Part shown: positions 39,019 through 53,684 of the stretch, in pieces
How positions within the stretch are numbered: the stretch's first letter is position 1
Layout of the letters: each line of letters opens with the position of its first letter
Origin: Okamejei kenojei
Taxonomy: Eukaryota
Direction of reading: 5' to 3'
Assembly: GCA_035221665.1 (NCBI GenBank)
Contig: CM069141.1
Coordinates: 15,128,001-15,192,000 of the forward strand
Length of the DNA stretch: 64,000 nt
Notes under the pieces: generated by a model
What the model was told of the DNA's origin: nothing
Seen by the model: only the letters and a program-made list of their open reading frames with translations
The model's database searches: none
Translations under genes and position numbers: made by a program

Positions 39019-40329
39019 GTGAGTATGGGTCATAGAAACATAGAAAATAGGTGCAGGAGTAATCCCTTGAGCCAGCACCGCCATTCAATATGATCATGGC
39101 TGATCATCTAAAATCAGTATCCCGTTCCTGCTTTCTCCACATATCCCTTGATTCCGTTATCTAAGTCTCTGATATCTAATTCCCTCTTGAAAACATCCAG
39201 TGAATTGGCCTCCATTGCCTTATGTGGGAGAGAATTGCACAGATTCGCAACTCTTTGGGTGAAAACGTTTTGCTCATCTCAGTCCTAAATGGCCATACCT
39301 TATTATTTTTATTAAATGGTAATAAACACATTAGTTTAGCTTTCACTTTGTCATGAATAAAAACCAATGCATAGTTATCACTAAACTATCTAAAAATGTT
39401 GGAAGAATTTCATAATTTATGTGGATGGCGATATACTTTATTCATGTACTTTTAGAGATGCATAGTTAAATCATAGACTGCAAGTGTCACAGAAAACATC
39501 GCAAAGCTGCGGTCTGTGGAGCGGCCGGCCAGCTGCTGGCGGCGGCGCTCAACTTTACATTGGGAGCCTGGGATCTCTCGCCGAGATCGCCAGTGGTGGA
39601 GCTCCATCCAGCTTCAGAAGCCGATGTCTCCGGTAAGGAAGCGGCCGTTCCCGAGAATTCTCCCAACGTCGGAGCACCATCAACGGGCGAGAAGGGCCTG
39701 GAACATCGGGCCTCCGTAAAGGCGACTGCGGAGGCCTCAAATAGGCCCGACTATGGGTGGACATGGACATGGGGACTGGACTTTGTGCCTTCTGTCACTG
39801 TGGGGGATGTTTTTTATGTTTACATTTCTTTATTATTGTTATGTTTTTTTATGTGCTGCAATGGCAATCCGCATTTCACTACACTAATTGGTGTATGTGA
39901 CTAATAATGAACCTTTGGATCACTGAAATGTCCTTTCAGTGCTCTTCCAGTTATATCATATATGTGTCATTTTTCCAAAACAGTGCCTATAAAGCAATCC
40001 AAATACTAGTGGAGTCATTTTGGAATTTGTTAGGCAGTTTTGGAGTCATTCTTTATGGAGCATTTATTTTCACAGAGTTGTGAGTGTGGAATTATCTGCC
40101 TCACAGGGTGGTGGAGATTGGTTCTCTGGATGCTTTCAAGAGAGTTAGATAGAGTTCTTGTGGCTAGAAGAGTTAAGGGAGAGAAGGAAGGAACGGGGTA
40201 CTGATTGTGGATGATCAGCCATGATGACATTGAATGGCGGTGCTAGCTTAAAGGTCGAATGGCCTACTCCCGTGTCTATTGTCGAACCCCGTGCTAAAAT
40301 AAGTAGCAAGGACATGTTTATATTTCAGA

Positions 40330-41155
40330 CAAACCTTTTCTTAAAGATAGCCCTTACCCCTAGTCCTTGCCTATCAGCCATCGCATACAGCACATAATCC
40401 TCTGATGTTTTCGCCACCTCCAACAGGATCCCACCACTAGTCACATCTTCCCTTCTCCACCCCTTTCCGCCTTCCACAGAGACCGTTCCCTTCACAGTTC
40501 TCTGGTTAACTCGTCCCTTCCCACCCAAACAACCCCCTCCCCAGGTACCTTTCCCAGCAATTGCTGGAGATGCAACACTTGTCCCTATAACCTCCTCCCT
40601 CAACTCTGTCCAGGGACCCAACAGTCCTTTCAGGATAGACAGAGGTTCACTTGCACCTCCTCCAACCTCAGCTACTGTATCTGTTGTTAAAGATGTCGAC
40701 TCTTGTACATCGGCGAGACTAAACGTAGACTGGGCGATCGTTTTCGTTTGAACACCTTTGTTCAGTCCTCCTGGACCCATCTGATCTCCCCGTTGCTAAA
40801 CGCTTTAATGCTCCTTCCCATTTCCCTCACTGACCTTTCTGTCCTAGATCTCCTCCAATGGCAGCGTGAGGCTAAATGCAAATTGGAGGAACAGCATCTC
40901 ATTTAGCTTGGGCAGCTTACAGCCCAGTGGTATGAATATTGATTTCTCTTAACCAAATAACCCTGGCATTCCCTCTCTCTCCATCCCTCCCCCACCCAAG
41001 TCGCTCCAGCTTCTCATTTTCACCCAACAAACAGATAACAATGGCTTGTTTCATTCATTATAATTACTTTTTTGCATATCTTTCATTAATTGTTCTATAT
41101 ATCTCTACATCATGTATATCTTTTGTTTCCCTTTCCTGTGACTTTGTCTGAAGAA
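40330..41155 (+). mobile_element. Penelope-like element 3' part (GIY-YIG endonuclease), decayed
   Basis: YIGETKRRLGDRF...KLEEQHLI..LGSLQPSGMNIDF; ends in CTGAAGAA. Confidence 0.85.
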
Positions 41156-42010
41156 AGTCATTTTGGAAATTGTTAGGCAGTTTTGGAGTCATTCTTTATG
41201 GAACCTTTATTTTCACACAGACGCGCCACATTGAAGGCAGCCTCTGCCACTGTCTGTTTGTATTTCCATCTTTTGTTTATTTTTAGCTAGTTTTAAAAAT
41301 CTGTTTCTTTAGTTCCTCTAGCTTTTCTATGTGGGGGAGGAGGGTAGGGTAAGGGGGAAACGGTTTCCAAGTCACTTCCTGGTGAGGACATGACTATTTC
41401 TCCGAGTCGTTTCCTCGCCCCCCCCCCCCCCCCCCCCTCTCCGCGCCTACCACCTGGATTGGAGTGGCCTTTCCTGCCGGGGACCCGGACCAGAGCTTCA
41501 CTGGCGGCTCAGCGCTGGATACATCGCGGACCAGGCGATTGCTTACCTGGATCGCCGTTGAAGCTCCGGAGTGCTGGGCCAGCTGCTTCAACATCGAGCT
41601 GTGGTTCGTAGAGCTTACATGCGCAGGCGGCGCTGACTTCAACATCGCGGAGTCCTGGGGCCCTTTGCCGAGGGCTGCCAGCGTTGAATCTCTGCCAAGC
41701 GCGGCCTGTGGACTTCGGGAGCCGCGGACTCCGGTAGGAGGTGGCCGATTCAGATGTCCCAAGCCGTTGAGGATGTCCCAACGTCTGACTTCCATCATCC
41801 CGGCGAGTGGGCCCTGAACATCTAGCCGCCCATAGCGGCGACAGCAGGGGTTCCCGAGCCTCCCGACCACGGGAGGACAACAGAGAAGGATGACTAAATT
41901 TTGGAGCCTTCCCTCAAAGTGGGAAAGTCTGATCCCGCTGTGTGGGGATGTTCAAGTTCAAGTTCAAGAGAGTTTATTGTCATTTGTCCCTGATAGGACA
42001 ATGACATTTT

Positions 42011-43400
42011 TTGCTTTGGGAATCTTTTGCCTTTTTCCATGTACCAGAGCACATCACCACACTGGCCAAGAACTATTTCCAAGACCTGCAGCTGTGCATC
42101 ACAACAACTGAATTCAGTACAACATGGCAGCGCTTGGAGGTAGGCATCATGGCAGGCTGCACAGTCTCACACTTGACCTTTACAATGGTCATGGAAGTCA
42201 TCATCAGGGCCTCAAAATGGGTGGTGGGCGGTGAACGAACCAGTGCTGGGCTCCGTCTGCCACCCATCAGGGCATACATGGACGACATGACAACAATAAC
42301 CACTACTGCAGCATGCACCAAGTGGCTACTTGGAAAGCTGCAGGAGAACATCAAGTGGGCCCGAATGAAAATCAAACCAAGTAAATCTCGAAGCATCTCC
42401 ATAGTTAAGGGGGTGCTTAGAGACACAAGGATCTGCATCGGTGACGACCCAATACCAACAATGTCTGAGCAGCCAGTAAAAAGCCTGGGCAGATGGTACA
42501 AACGCAAGTCTCAAGGACAAAGAGCAGGTGCAACAACTAAGGCAAGAAATTGTCAACGGCCTGGAGATCATCAATCAGACCCTACTGCCTGGGAAACTGA
42601 AGCTCTGGTGCCTACAGTTTGGACTCCTTCCTCGGACAATGTGGCCACTGACCGTTTATGAAGCTCCAATAATAACTGTGGAGAAGATGGAGCGAACCAT
42701 AACTTCATACGCGAAGAAATGGCTCGGTGTCCCACGATGTCTAATTAACATCGGCCTCTATGGCAAAGGGGTCCTGGAACTACCTCTCACTAGTCTAACA
42801 GAGGAATACAATTGTTCCAAAGTAAGACTCCAGATGACACTGAGGGACTCTAGAGACAAGATCATCAGTGCTGTTGCGCCGCCCCTAGTAACTGGCCGGA
42901 AGTGGACACCATCTGATGCAGTACAGCAAGCTTCATCAGCCCTGAGGCACAAAGACATCTGTTGAGGAGGCCTATGAGCGTAAGAAGCTGCGCTGCGCAG
43001 AGCTTGCAGCAGAGGCAACGCAGCGTGGCTGGAACACCAAAGTCTATCCAGTTGAAGTGGGATGCAGAGGATTTGCTGTGTCATCTACCATCAGACTGCT
43101 GAAGGAGCTTGAAATTCACGGTCAGGCTCTGCGGAAGACCATAAGATCACTTTCAGACGCGGCTGAAAGAAGCAGCCGTTGGATTTGGCTCAAGCGGAAA
43201 GACCCATGCTGGGCCCCAAGTACGTCATGGTGAATCTTTGGGGCAGTTTGACACGGGACACGCGCTGAGGGCTGATCATCCTGCAGCGGGCCGCCCTTGT
43301 GGAGGGTGTATATTGTTAAAAGGCCAAAACACCCAGTGATGCAAGGGTACACTACTGATGATGTGTCCTGTGCCCAACTGTCCTGAAGGTTACCCAGGCC
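42011..43400 (+). mobile_element. HERO-like (RLE-type) non-LTR retrotransposon fragment with 3'UTR
   Basis: WQRLEVGIMAGCTVS...PPIRAYMDDMT...WARMKIKPSKSRSISI, LPGKLKLWCLQFGLLPR, EEAYERKKLR, PVEVGCRGF; internal deletion near 42960. Confidence 0.8.
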
Positions 43401-44240
43401 AAGATATACGTATACGTATCCCCCGCCCCCCCAATGTTGAGCATCTACCACTCTCAGCAATCAATGAATGTCGTGAAATGCTCCCCACCTACTGGCACAA
43501 GGGACTTCTTAACATCTTGTCCTGCGTACTTGATTCTGAACACGCCAGAACATAGTAGGATGTCTGTGTTAAAGTCTATCGTGTTCTGTGCTCTTTATTA
43601 TTCATATGACTATATGGCGACCACACATTTCACTGTACCAATCGGTACATGTGACAAATAAATGTATCTTGTAAGAAGGGTCTCGACCCGAAACATCACC
43701 CATTCCTTCTCTCCAGGGATGCTGCCTGTCCCGTTGAGTTACTCCAGCTTTTTGTTTCTACTTTTCTTAAAGATAAATCCACTAAGATAATTAATTTCAT
43801 ATTTTAGTTAGACAGAGAGTGATGAGTCTGTGGAATTCTCCGCCTCGGAGGGCGGTGGAGGCAGGTTCTCTGGATGCTTTCAAGCGAGAGCTAGATAGGA
43901 CTCTTAAAAATAGCGGAGTCGGGGGATATGAGGAGAAGGCAGGAACGGGGTACTGATTGGGGATGATCCGCCATGATCACATGGCTCGAAGGGCCAAATG
44001 GCCTACTCCTGCACCTATTGTCTATAGAGAGAGCTTTAAAAACCCAACTGAACTGACAGTAGATTCATTAAAGAAACGAGGAACTGCAGATGCTGACCTG
44101 AAATGTTACCTATCCATATTCTCCAGAGATGCTGCTTGACCCGCTGAGTTACTACAACACTGTCTTCTTAAATTTATTGAATGTGTTTAATTATAAAAGT
44201 TATTCTACGTACTTGGATGATATGATGTAAATATTGCTAA

Positions 44241-44405
<165 letters not shown>

Positions 44406-44463
44406 TAGCAGTGAGTAAATGAAAATAATGAATTTTCTTTTATTCATAAATGCGAGAATACTC

Positions 44464-44760
44464 CAGTGGCACAGCGGTAGAGTTGCTGCCTTACAGCGAA
44501 TGCAGCGCCGGGGACCTGGACGACCCGATTACAGGTGCAGTCTAAGGGGTTTGTACGTTCTACCTGTGACCTGCGTGGGTTTTCTCCAAGATCTTCGGTA
44601 TCTCCCACGTTCCAAAGACGTACAGTTTTGTAGGTTAATTGGCTTGGTAAATGTAAAAATTGGCCCTGGTGGGTGTAGGATAGTGTTAATGTGTGGGGAT
44701 CGCTGGTCGGCGTGGGCCAAAAGGACCTGTTTCCGTGCTGTATCTCTAAACTAAACTAAA
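44464..44760 (+). mobile_element. HE1-like V-SINE
   Basis: Same head, V-domain and tail as the other copies. Confidence 0.85.
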
Positions 44761-45358
44761 TATGTCAGAGGGCAGATTAATTTTAAAAATAGATCAATAA
44801 TTGATTAATTCAGCCATGGCACTTTAATGCAATCTGCCATATTTATAGAGATGCACGGAACCACAGATGAAAAAGACAGTGCTGGAATAACTGAGTGGGT
44901 CAGGCAGCATCTTTTGAAGGAAATGGATAGGTGCCTTTTTGGGTTGGGGACCCTTATTCGGACTGATTGTGGTGAGGGATGGGTCAGATTCTGGAAGAGA
45001 GACGGGCAAGACAAACCTATGTGAGTGATGGGTGACGGGGTTTGATAGGCAGATGAGTGGATAAAGGCCAGAGATGAAAAGAAGACAAAAGGCTCCGAGA
45101 TAAGGAAAGATGAGGCATGAAGCTGGAGGAAGGGATACGCGTGGAAAGGAGCAGGGGAAAGGATGAGTGGGATAATGGGAGAAATGGATGAGCATCTGTG
45201 GGGCACTGAGAAAAGAGGGTTAAAACTAGGGGGAATAAACCACAAACAGCAATGGGGCCCAGCCCCGATCCCTGAGGCACACCACACCTAAGTAGGCATT
45301 GAGTCTCATACTCCACTTTCCTATACAGGAGGCGGTCCTGGAGATTATTCTGCTTTAA

Positions 45359-45559
<201 letters not shown>

Positions 45560-45875
45560 TAAAATTACTTTTTTCCATTTTTTTTTTTTTGTCTGTTGTT
45601 GCCATATTTTTTTTTGGCTTTGAATGCAGATCGCCTGTTCAGGATGATACTTTATTAGATGACCCAGAAATGCCACATTATTTTGCGATTATTAAGTTCA
45701 TAGGTTATGCTAATATTGACAATGTATCGGAGTCTTGTTTAATAATCCTCTTCATGATTGTTTTAATGTGCTCTATGTACTCAATTTCATTAAACTATAC
45801 ACTTTGATTTAGCATGCCTAATGCTAACTGCATTATTTAGCTATTCATGTAAGGGACGTTTGTTACATTCTGTAG

Positions 45876-46013
45876 GTTAAATCAGTGATTAATTCTCTGT
45901 CTGGAGAAGAAAGTTGAAAAGCTGAAGGAGGAGTTGGGAAACAATTACAGAAGCGTTTTCTTCATTTGAATTTGATGATTGAGGAAGAAGAGGAGAGCGA
46001 AGGTACAAAAAAG
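45876..46013 (+). CDS. FAM114A2: FAM114A2 exon (VKSVINSLSGEE...), frameshifted as assembled
   Basis: Starts tgtag|GTTAAATCAGTG. About three single-base removals are needed to read through to the acidic EEEEE end; the 3' boundary is approximate. Confidence 0.8.
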
Positions 46014-47540
46014 GTGTTTGTTGGCAGTCATGTTTTTTTATGATTGTGTGACTAGTTTTCCTCAGACTCTTTATAATCTTTATCATCAGTTTGAAATGAT
46101 GTGTCATTCAGCAGAAATGTATAAATGTTTGGCATAAATTTCTTGCTATCTTTTTATATTCTGTTCTCTGTCTGCAGAATTAGCTGCCCATGGCCTGGTT
46201 TAACACTATAATTTGCTATACCTCCTTTTAAAATAATTTGTAAAGTTCATAAACAGCAACATTTGGGTTATACTGCCTCTCCATGTGGTTCTTCCCACAT
46301 CCATCTCTTTACACATGAATGCCATGTTCATCATCTTTGTGCCCACTTCCCTGTCCCATAATCTCAGTCACTATTTACTGCAAGCTTGGTACTATGTACA
46401 ACATTTTATTTACACGAAAAGAAAAACTAACTCTTGTATTATTACTGGCTGGTCTTTTGACAAGAAAATACAACTGTTCTGAAACAGTTCCTGTTTTCAT
46501 TGCCTTGCCAACATTACCCAAACTATTGGCATAATCTCAATTGTCTGTTTTTTGAATAACTTTGCAGTGTAGTCTTGTTATCCTTATGGAAGTTTATTTC
46601 TATGACATTTACATTAATTTCATGAACTCTATCTCTGTCAACTCCATCAAATAACTAGTTGGCTGGGTTAGACAGCCATTTCTCTGGACAACCCCTTGCT
46701 GAACATTCTTACTAACCAATTCTCATCCCAATGGTAATGTGAGAATTTCCAATCACTGACTGACCTTTATATCAGGTTTGTGTATCCCATCATTTTGTAA
46801 TATATTTGTAATCACCAGTGTTTCTGGTATTATTCCTTCAAGGAGGACAAAAATAATGTGGTCTTTGTCTCTTCAACTTCATCCTTGCTTCTCTCAGCAA
46901 ACTAGCATGCTTCCCAGGTAATGTTTGGCTTTGATGCTGAAACTGATTGTGGTACAGGACTTGTCCAGAAATTGTGAGCACTTATAAAATATGGCAAATT
47001 CACTAATTTTTTGGGAACTTGGCAACAAGGAAAAAGGACATTGAATGCAGCTGCTATATTCATAATCATCCATCCACTGGTTGACTTCTGCCTCAGCAAG
47101 AAGGTCCTTTGCCTCTACCCCATAGAGGACATGTACTTTGCAATGTCTACAAAAGCTGGGACCACCCCCCCCCCCCGGCCCCCCCCCCGAACTAGTATTC
47201 TGCTCCTGGTTCCCTTCACTCTAAATCTCTGAGTTCGGGATTGATGTGTATCTATTTATGGGAACAATCTGCCTGTTGGTCAACGACAAACAAAGCTGAT
47301 TCATGCTCTTTGGTATAAACAAGTGAACGTATAATACAATCTAACCTACGGAAGGTCCAAACTTTGTCCATCTGATCCACGTACATGACTTCAATTACAA
47401 TATTTTTAAGCCACTTCATGTATTGACTACTAGGTGTCCTTTCACTCAGAATAGAAAGGAACATAATAAGCTTGCCAATGTCTGTGCTAGCCTAAAAAAA
47501 GTTTTACTTACATCCACTCCACCTATGTTGCCTTTGCTAG

Positions 47541-47617
47541 TACAGAGGAGATGATGAGGCTCAAGATTTGTGTGAAGAAATTTCCAGGTCTTTTTCAAGC
47601 TGCACTAGCTGTTAACG
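47541..47617 (+). CDS. FAM114A2: Probable FAM114A2 exon (DF..EI..LF..LH....DKIAR-like), garbled
   Basis: Fragmentary similarity in the expected exon order; many indels; boundaries approximate. Confidence 0.5.
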
Positions 47618-49630
47618 TCTGATTAAAATTGCACGAAGTCATGAATTTTCTGACGGAGTCAGTTTCTTATTTATGGGAGAAAATCATCTATTCACTTACT
47701 GTAAGGTGTCTACCACTTATTGTAAGATATGTGCATAAAATAAGAGGGTTCTGGGATTTTAATCTGGTATGTACTGAAGAAAAAAACATCCATTTAAGAA
47801 TGCATAGACCCATCAGTACGAGTAATGAGCCCTTTGGCCCATTTCATCATGCTGACCAAATGAGCCTATATAAAACTAGTTTCCCATTTTCCATGTTTTC
47901 AGTTCCCAATGTCCCTCTAAATGTTTTGTATCCATGCACTTTCCCAATTTTTTTTGTTAAAGATTTAAAGCTTGCATTAACTTTTTCATGGTCGACTGCA
48001 CAATCTCATCACAAAACCATTGTATATAATCACAAACGGATTGCCCCAGCTACCAAAACCCTGAGGCTCAGTCCTCTCGCTCACAAGCTTCAAGTCTCTG
48101 AGATACTATCGTCCACTTCCAGCTCCAAATCTGTTTCCTACCAGTAAGTAAATTAGTCTATCTTCGATGAATAGCTCCTGGAGTAATATAGGAGTACGAC
48201 GTCGGCACTGCCCTCATACCTCTCTCGGTTACTTAAAAAAAAAAGTAATGAGACGGGTTCACGGGTATGGCAGTTAGTTGTGTTTATAGAGATTAAAGCG
48301 CGGGATAACATCCCTTTGGCCTCACCGGTCGCGCCCCCCCCGACCAGCGATCTCCCGCACATTAACCCTATCTCCAACACCCGCTAGGGGGAACATTTTT
48401 ACATTTACACCAAGCCTAGTAACCTACAAGCCTGTAGTCGACTTAGGATATGTTTAACATGTCAGCAGAATCGCCTGGTTGGTTGGCACAGATACATCTC
48501 TTAAACTAAACTAGATGAGGTGATCTCCCACCCACATACCCATGCTGAATATATCTAATCGACCTCTGGTCCAAATATATGTATAGGCTATACCTTGGAA
48601 ACCTCTCCAGTAACTATGCTTATTCTCAAGATTGTTGGGAACTTTAACATTTCTATAGTTCCCAGGTGTCTTTGAAGCCATCCCTTAAAACGAGGCAAAC
48701 GTTTAGCCACCATCACAGCATCTTGCCTGTATGTTATGCTGATATGATTCATATATCTCATCCAGGTTTTCCTGCATTTCTTCTGAGCTTTCCCACGTGT
48801 TCTTGGGATGACCTGATCCAATCCAATAGGATTATTCATACATTAGATAAATCGATCAGAGCTATCTAATATCAAGAACTTAATTCGACGAAATCTGGAT
48901 GTCCTCGAAACGCCCAATCCTTTTCCAGGAGTTCTGGAGGTGATCAGGTATTTATCCACGGAAATAAATACTTCTGATGAACCTTTCCCAATAATCTTCA
49001 GGATAATAATCAATTTTGTTGTCATCCCAATTAAGTAAAGCGGAATATTACTTCCATGTTCGGCAACCTATACAACTCTTTGGTCATTAATGTAAGCACA
49101 ACATATTCTGAGCATCCTAATTTGCATCATGTAAAATCTTTAGTGAAGTTTTGTTCTGAATAATAAAAAAAATGTGCATTTCCTTCAGGTAGAAAGACAC
49201 ACGAATAATGCATAATGAAGTAAGGTCTCAAATAAAAAATTTATATCAAGGAACAGAGAAAAAAGACAGATGAAAGTCTACATGTGATGGGGGCTTTCTT
49301 GCATAAAGATCAACAAAAAGTTTTGCAGTGTGCGGTAAATCTTGACAAACCACACTCTTAAATATATCAGCTAAGTGCCTCAAAATGCTATTATATTAAA
49401 CCACTAGATAATATTAATGTACATTTACCCTATTCTTTTTGTGATTTTTCCTTTTTGTTGTTTTTTTTTCCTTCTTGAAGCATTTTGTCAAAGGGAAGAT
49501 TAAAAGTCTCCAATTAAATCTCGATGCGTTTCTGCCATATAGTTTTTCAATAATCCTTTAGGTCAGCTTTTCTTGTTTTATGAATTCACATGAGCACAAG
49601 GGATATCCATTTATGTCTGTATGCACACAG

Positions 49631-49778
49631 CAACATCCAGTACATATCAGCTGAAAGATAGTGGTGGCTGAGCTCACTGCTCATCCATTGAAACAGTTCC
49701 ATAAATGGCAGAAACTAATCATCACAGCCTAGACCAAGACGTGCTGGGGCATTGATTGTGCCAAAAACTATGTCTAAG
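49631..49778 (+). CDS. FAM114A2: Probable FAM114A2 exon (AELTA.SIEQFHKMAELI...), garbled
   Basis: GCTGAGCTCACTGCT...CCATTGAA..CAGTTCCATAAA follows a cacacag acceptor; contains indels. Confidence 0.7.
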
Positions 49779-50949
49779 TGATGACATTTTAAACTGTTTA
49801 CCAAATATAATGCGGGAGATAGAGCTTCAATTTTAATGGGCTGCATATGGTGATAAATAGAAACAACATTGCATTTAAAAGAAAACATTAATGACAATCT
49901 GAATACTAATTTTGCCGTGTCAAGTATCTATTTCTGTGCGGGAGGAGGAATTAATATAACTTAGCGATCCATACATACACCTAACAAATTGAACTTGGCT
50001 TTGGATGGATGATATGCTTAGTTTTTAAATACAACACATTTTACGTGCTCCCTAACAATGTTTCAAAGGGTAATTTAGGCAAGGTGCCAATATCAATCAA
50101 TTCACAGCCACTCATTGCCTAGCAAGACATTTTCCACCTTAATAAATCATAAAATGGTCAGTGTATTTTAAAATGGCATGGCCTAAATAGATTTCATAAA
50201 AATTGCATAATGTGTCTTTTTGTTTGGGACTTTAACTAAAATCGTGAAGGGTAGAAGCCAGATCTTTTGAATTCTGGCAATTCTGTGGTTGAGAAAGGCT
50301 TTGTTAGACTGTAGCATGCATTGAACTTGATACTTAAAGGCTGTATGATTTTTTACCATAGCATACTCTGTTTATGAATGAACTAGAGTACTTACTGATG
50401 GCGATATGGTATAATTATTTTGGCTACCTGACAGTCATCTAATAATATTAGACACTCTCCAGTTGCTGCAATATCGCAAGTTCTAAGTGGCAAGCAAATT
50501 GATGCAGATATTATAAGTTTCAATTCCTGGACACCACCCTAATTTTATTGATTATTACTGCCGGAAGATAGACACAAAAAGACTCTTGTAAGTAACTCAG
50601 GCGGAGGACCAGGGGGTATCTCTGGAGGGAAGGAATGGGTGACGTTTCGGGTCGAGACCCACTCCTTCATGGTTAACCCATTCCTTCTCTCTCAGACATG
50701 CTGCCTGTCCTACTGAGTTACTACACCAGCTCTTGGTGTGTCTATCTTTGGTTTTAACAAACAGCAGCAGTATCTCGCACTTCCTTTCCTAAACTTATGT
50801 GATATATTACTCTCCCATGCCCTCCAATGAAATAATACAGATTAAACGCTCCACAGTATTACGATGGAGGGCTCCAGTAAAATAGACTGCAAAGCTTTCA
50901 CCTTCGTTGTGTGAACATTTTATCCTAATTTCCAGTTTTTACTCCACAG

Positions 50950-51031
50950 ATTGACTGTCGTCCTTGTGTTAAAGAATATGGCTATACCCTTTCCAAACAG
51001 TTTACTACTTGTTATAAACACAATAATAGTG
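50950..51031 (+). CDS. FAM114A2: Probable FAM114A2 exon (LTVVLCKE...LSKQFTTC), garbled
   Basis: ccacag| then TTGACTGTCGTCCTTGTG...TCCAAACAGTTTACTACTTGT...|GTAAGA. Confidence 0.7.
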
Positions 51032-51467
51032 GTAAGAAAGAAACATCACCTTTTGCAGAACTTTTTTCTTTAGGCAACAATTACATTAGTTTGTTAAGAA
51101 CAGTGAATATAATATAAATAACCACTAATTGGGACTTCCCAAGTGACTTTATGTATTACACACGCCATGCCCTCAAGCAGCTTATATATTTGGATATTTA
51201 CAGTAGTTAGATCTGATTTGTAAAGCCCTCCTTTTTTTTCCGGATGGAAGAAAAATACTAAGTGAAAGTAACAGGAATATTCTGCTTAGTTTTGCCACAA
51301 ACCCACACGAATAATGTGTTTTATATAATTCCAAAATTCAATTAATTTAAACTTTCTTATGTGTCTATAACAATGGTCTAGTTATTACATAAATAGAAAA
51401 TTTAAATGAAAAAATAATTTAATCTTATGTATATAACATTTAAAATATTCTTCTATTTTCTTTACAG

Positions 51468-51524
51468 GCGAAAGAGAAAGTTGACATTCTTTAATCCATT
51501 AATACTACTGGAGTATTTCTGGAG
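51468..51524 (+). CDS. FAM114A2: FAM114A2 exon (AKEKVDILNPLITGVFLE), with indels
   Basis: tttacag|GCGAAAGAGAAAGTTGACATT...GGAGTATTTCTGGAG|GTAAAA. Confidence 0.8.
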
Positions 51525-53684
51525 GTAAAATTTAATTTTGAGTGTATGACTTTGCTTATCAAGTAACTACAGTATCATTAAATTTCTAATGTATAACCCA
51601 AATTATTCTGCTTTTGCACATAGTTTGATTTGAACTTTACCTACGATATTGCCTCAATCAAAATGAAGTGGATTAAAATCAAGTTTGAATTGTGATCCTG
51701 TTGAATGTTTTTCATATTAATATTTAGATCATAGAAGTAAAATTAATATATCACACCAGCTAATACTATCATGGGGATAAAAAATAATTCCATAGCATGT
51801 ATTTGAAGAAGGCAGGGACCTGAACTATAACAGTTAATCCCCTACAACACCACCAAAACAACAGAGTACTGATCATTTTATTTCAATGCTTATGAGCCTT
51901 TACTGTTTATGGCAAATGGATTTCTTGTAAAGTAAACGTTAACAGTTTTATTTAAAATCTATGCCGACAAAGAAAACTCCAGATTGACATGCACATCCGC
52001 CTACAAAAATACAAGATCTTAGTATTATGTGTACATTTAATTGAAATGTACACTATTCATTGAAGTCATAAAATAAAAATAAAAAATAAAAATTCAGAAA
52101 TCAATCATCTATCTGTTTTAGAGGGCAACCTTGCCGGAACAAACATGTTGACTGCAAATATTATACCACAGTGCCTGTTTGGAAGTAACAGAAATAGCTT
52201 TACTGGTCATAGTGAGTCTATGTTGAATTGGAAATCATCACTGTGCAAATGAAATATAGTCATTAAGACTTTAAAAAAAAAAACCATTGAATACAACCAC
52301 CAATTTAAGCACATATAGATGCAAAGTTTATTGGCAAGATGTCCCAAGATTGATTTAGTTGTTCTATTATAGATCACTACTACTTGTGCGGCAGATTATA
52401 AATAAATTAGATTTCTACAATATGTTCTTGAGATGGGCGTGTAATATCAAGATACCAGAAAGGGCATTAGAAAAAATGCAGGCTCAAATCCACAAGTTAC
52501 ATTTTATGGAAGGCAGCCACAAAAAAATGAGGGTTAATCAAAATTATCTCTCACCCATCACATTTACAACTACAGTGCACCCCGATTTACATGCCCCTTC
52601 CAACTTGTGATGTATTCGACGTTAGGCGATCGGCTAGTTGCTCGGGCAACGCGGCGAGCCGCGTGCACTTCTGGTCAACTATCACAAGTAGTATTAATGC
52701 GTTATGTCGACTTGCGATATTTTCGATATACGGGGTTTTATCGGAACGTAACCCCATCAAGGTGCGAGGACAGCTAGTAACTCCACAGGATAATGTGGCA
52801 TATAATAAGAATGGCATGTAAAGACATAGAGCAGAAGCAAGTCCAGTCAAAGCCTCGGTATCTGCTCTGCAGTATCAGTTCTTTTTTTTTAATACTCAAA
52901 GCATTTTTTTTCGTACACTAATCCCGACCACGATTTTTTTTAAATTCCTTAGAAATGTCTACTCTAGTTTGGTCCTGAATGGCCAACACCAGTTTAACAC
53001 TGACGAGATTCAAAATGCTCTAGGAAGGGAAAACTCCACATTTTGCCCAGTCAAATTCTTTATGAATTAAAGGTACAAGAATAAATATGTAATTGTTACA
53101 TTTAAGAATATATTGTTTCAATATAATCGTTATCTCATTCATCTAAACTGAACTAAACTAAATTGAGCTCAGGCCTCAATCCTGCTGCTCATCTCTCATC
53201 CGAAAACTTGGCATATTCAATATCACGGTAAATTTTTTTTGGTAATCCTTAACTATACATAAACTAGGAAATGTCAGAAAATACTCAGCAAAGTTCAGAG
53301 CTTCACATATAAGAGAACAAAACAGTTTAACATTTTCGGTCCGTGAACCTCCTGTCCGAAATGCATGTTTCTCGTTGCTGTTCTCGATACCAACTTTTAT
53401 AATAACGACTTTTTCATTTAATGTACAATACCCATTCTCTCTAGTGTTTTTCCTCTCTTACAACCTTTATAAGGCTTCACTAAACAGACAAATGTATGGT
53501 TTTCATTATGTTTCGTTAAAGCACAACTTTGCATCATTACTTTAGTAAAATCCACTTGCAGCATGTGTTAAGGAGACAAAGAATTGGCAAAGTGCATCTG
53601 TGCTTCTGCTTGTGAAAAATGGTTCATCGACCAAAGGAACGCCTTGCATGCAGTATTTGTAACTAGTTCAAACTTCTCTTCCAG

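Noticed and set aside
49189-49290. Candidate for a missing FAM114A2 exon after ttccttcag
   Set aside because: The position is plausible but the sequence is too garbled to support a translation.
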